Notes under the pieces: generated by a model | The model's input: the letters and a program-made list of their open reading frames with translations, nothing else | Told to the model about the DNA's origin: nothing | Databases searched by the model: none | Part shown: piece by piece, positions 63,215 through 64,000 of the stretch | Position numbering within the stretch: the stretch's first letter is position 1 | Layout: each line of letters opens with the position of its first letter | Program-made: the position numbers and the translations under genes | Assembly (NCBI RefSeq): GCF_001194135.2 | Contig: NC_068989.1 | Coordinates: forward strand, 50,915,440-50,979,439 | Length of the DNA: 64,000 bases | From: Octopus bimaculoides | Taxonomy: Eukaryota | Reading direction: 5' to 3'

Positions 63215-63834
63215 TGCATTTATGTAACAAAATTGACTAGAAGCATTAAAAGGAAAGGTTCACATTATGCCAGATTGGGCGAGATAATTTACATACTGAA
63301 TAACATTGCAAACTATCTTTCCTACGAAGCCGTTTCACATTCATTACATATATTCTTCAATGCTGCAAATGTTCACTAATTAACTCGATGTGGAAGTAAA
63401 AGTAGTCAATACATAGCAGAGCGAAGGAAAGATTCTGTTGATATACTAACGATTATATGCACTTTCAATTTTAGGCAATTGCAGACATAAGGTAAAATTT
63501 AAAGTGAGAGCAGTAAGGTACTGAAATCTGTTAGCATGCAGAAAATAAAACTATTTATAAGACTTCATACCGAAGATTTTACATATCAATATGAAGAGAA
63601 ATGTGCTCAATTATGTTACCAAAGAAGAATGATCGTGTTATGATTCGCAGCATAGAAGTTTTCATGCAATAAGGTTCCCGATATAAATGTTGCAAATCTA
63701 TGAACGAATGCTGATGAAGTCTTGTGTGTTATGTATCTAATTTGAGAAAATTAATGTGAGTATTCAACATTTTATATTTCACTAGACACGAGAAGTTATT
63801 TTCATTGCATCTACCTGCCTATCTATCTACCTGC

Positions 63835-63912
<78 letters not shown>

Positions 63913-64000
63913 CTTCTCACGGACGTGCTGTCACATCGGCTGCGAAGGTAAACGTTTATTTGACCTTTTACTGTCCACATTTTGTTGGAATTTTTTAATA

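Overview
AT-rich, repeat-dense animal DNA from a gapped short-read scaffold with many N runs at microsatellites. The SINE families and (TAT)n/(TA)n/(ATCT)n load resemble an octopod cephalopod (inference from recall, not a database result). No host protein-coding gene, rRNA, genuine tRNA or CRISPR array can be supported; most ORF-track entries are microsatellite, gap or transposon-remnant artefacts. The window contains: (i) six 5'-truncated R4/Dong-like RLE retrotransposon remnants of several subfamilies, all on the minus strand and mostly abutting (TAA)n arrays; (ii) Penelope-like (Naiad-type) RT and GIY-YIG fragments; (iii) RTE and CR1/L2-like LINE fragments; (iv) several tRNA-derived SINEs; (v) Tc1/mariner remnants of DD34D, DD34E and DD37D types, three or four with both TIRs; (vi) a hAT MITE with an 8-bp TSD enclosing a near-perfect 61-nt hairpin. 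The most intriguing signals are degenerate minimal hammerhead-ribozyme motifs: one in the 3' part of a tRNA-headed SINE-like element (~31.1 kb), an inverted pair 73 nt apart (~25.6-25.8 kb) and one near a Penelope-like fragment (~13.2 kb).
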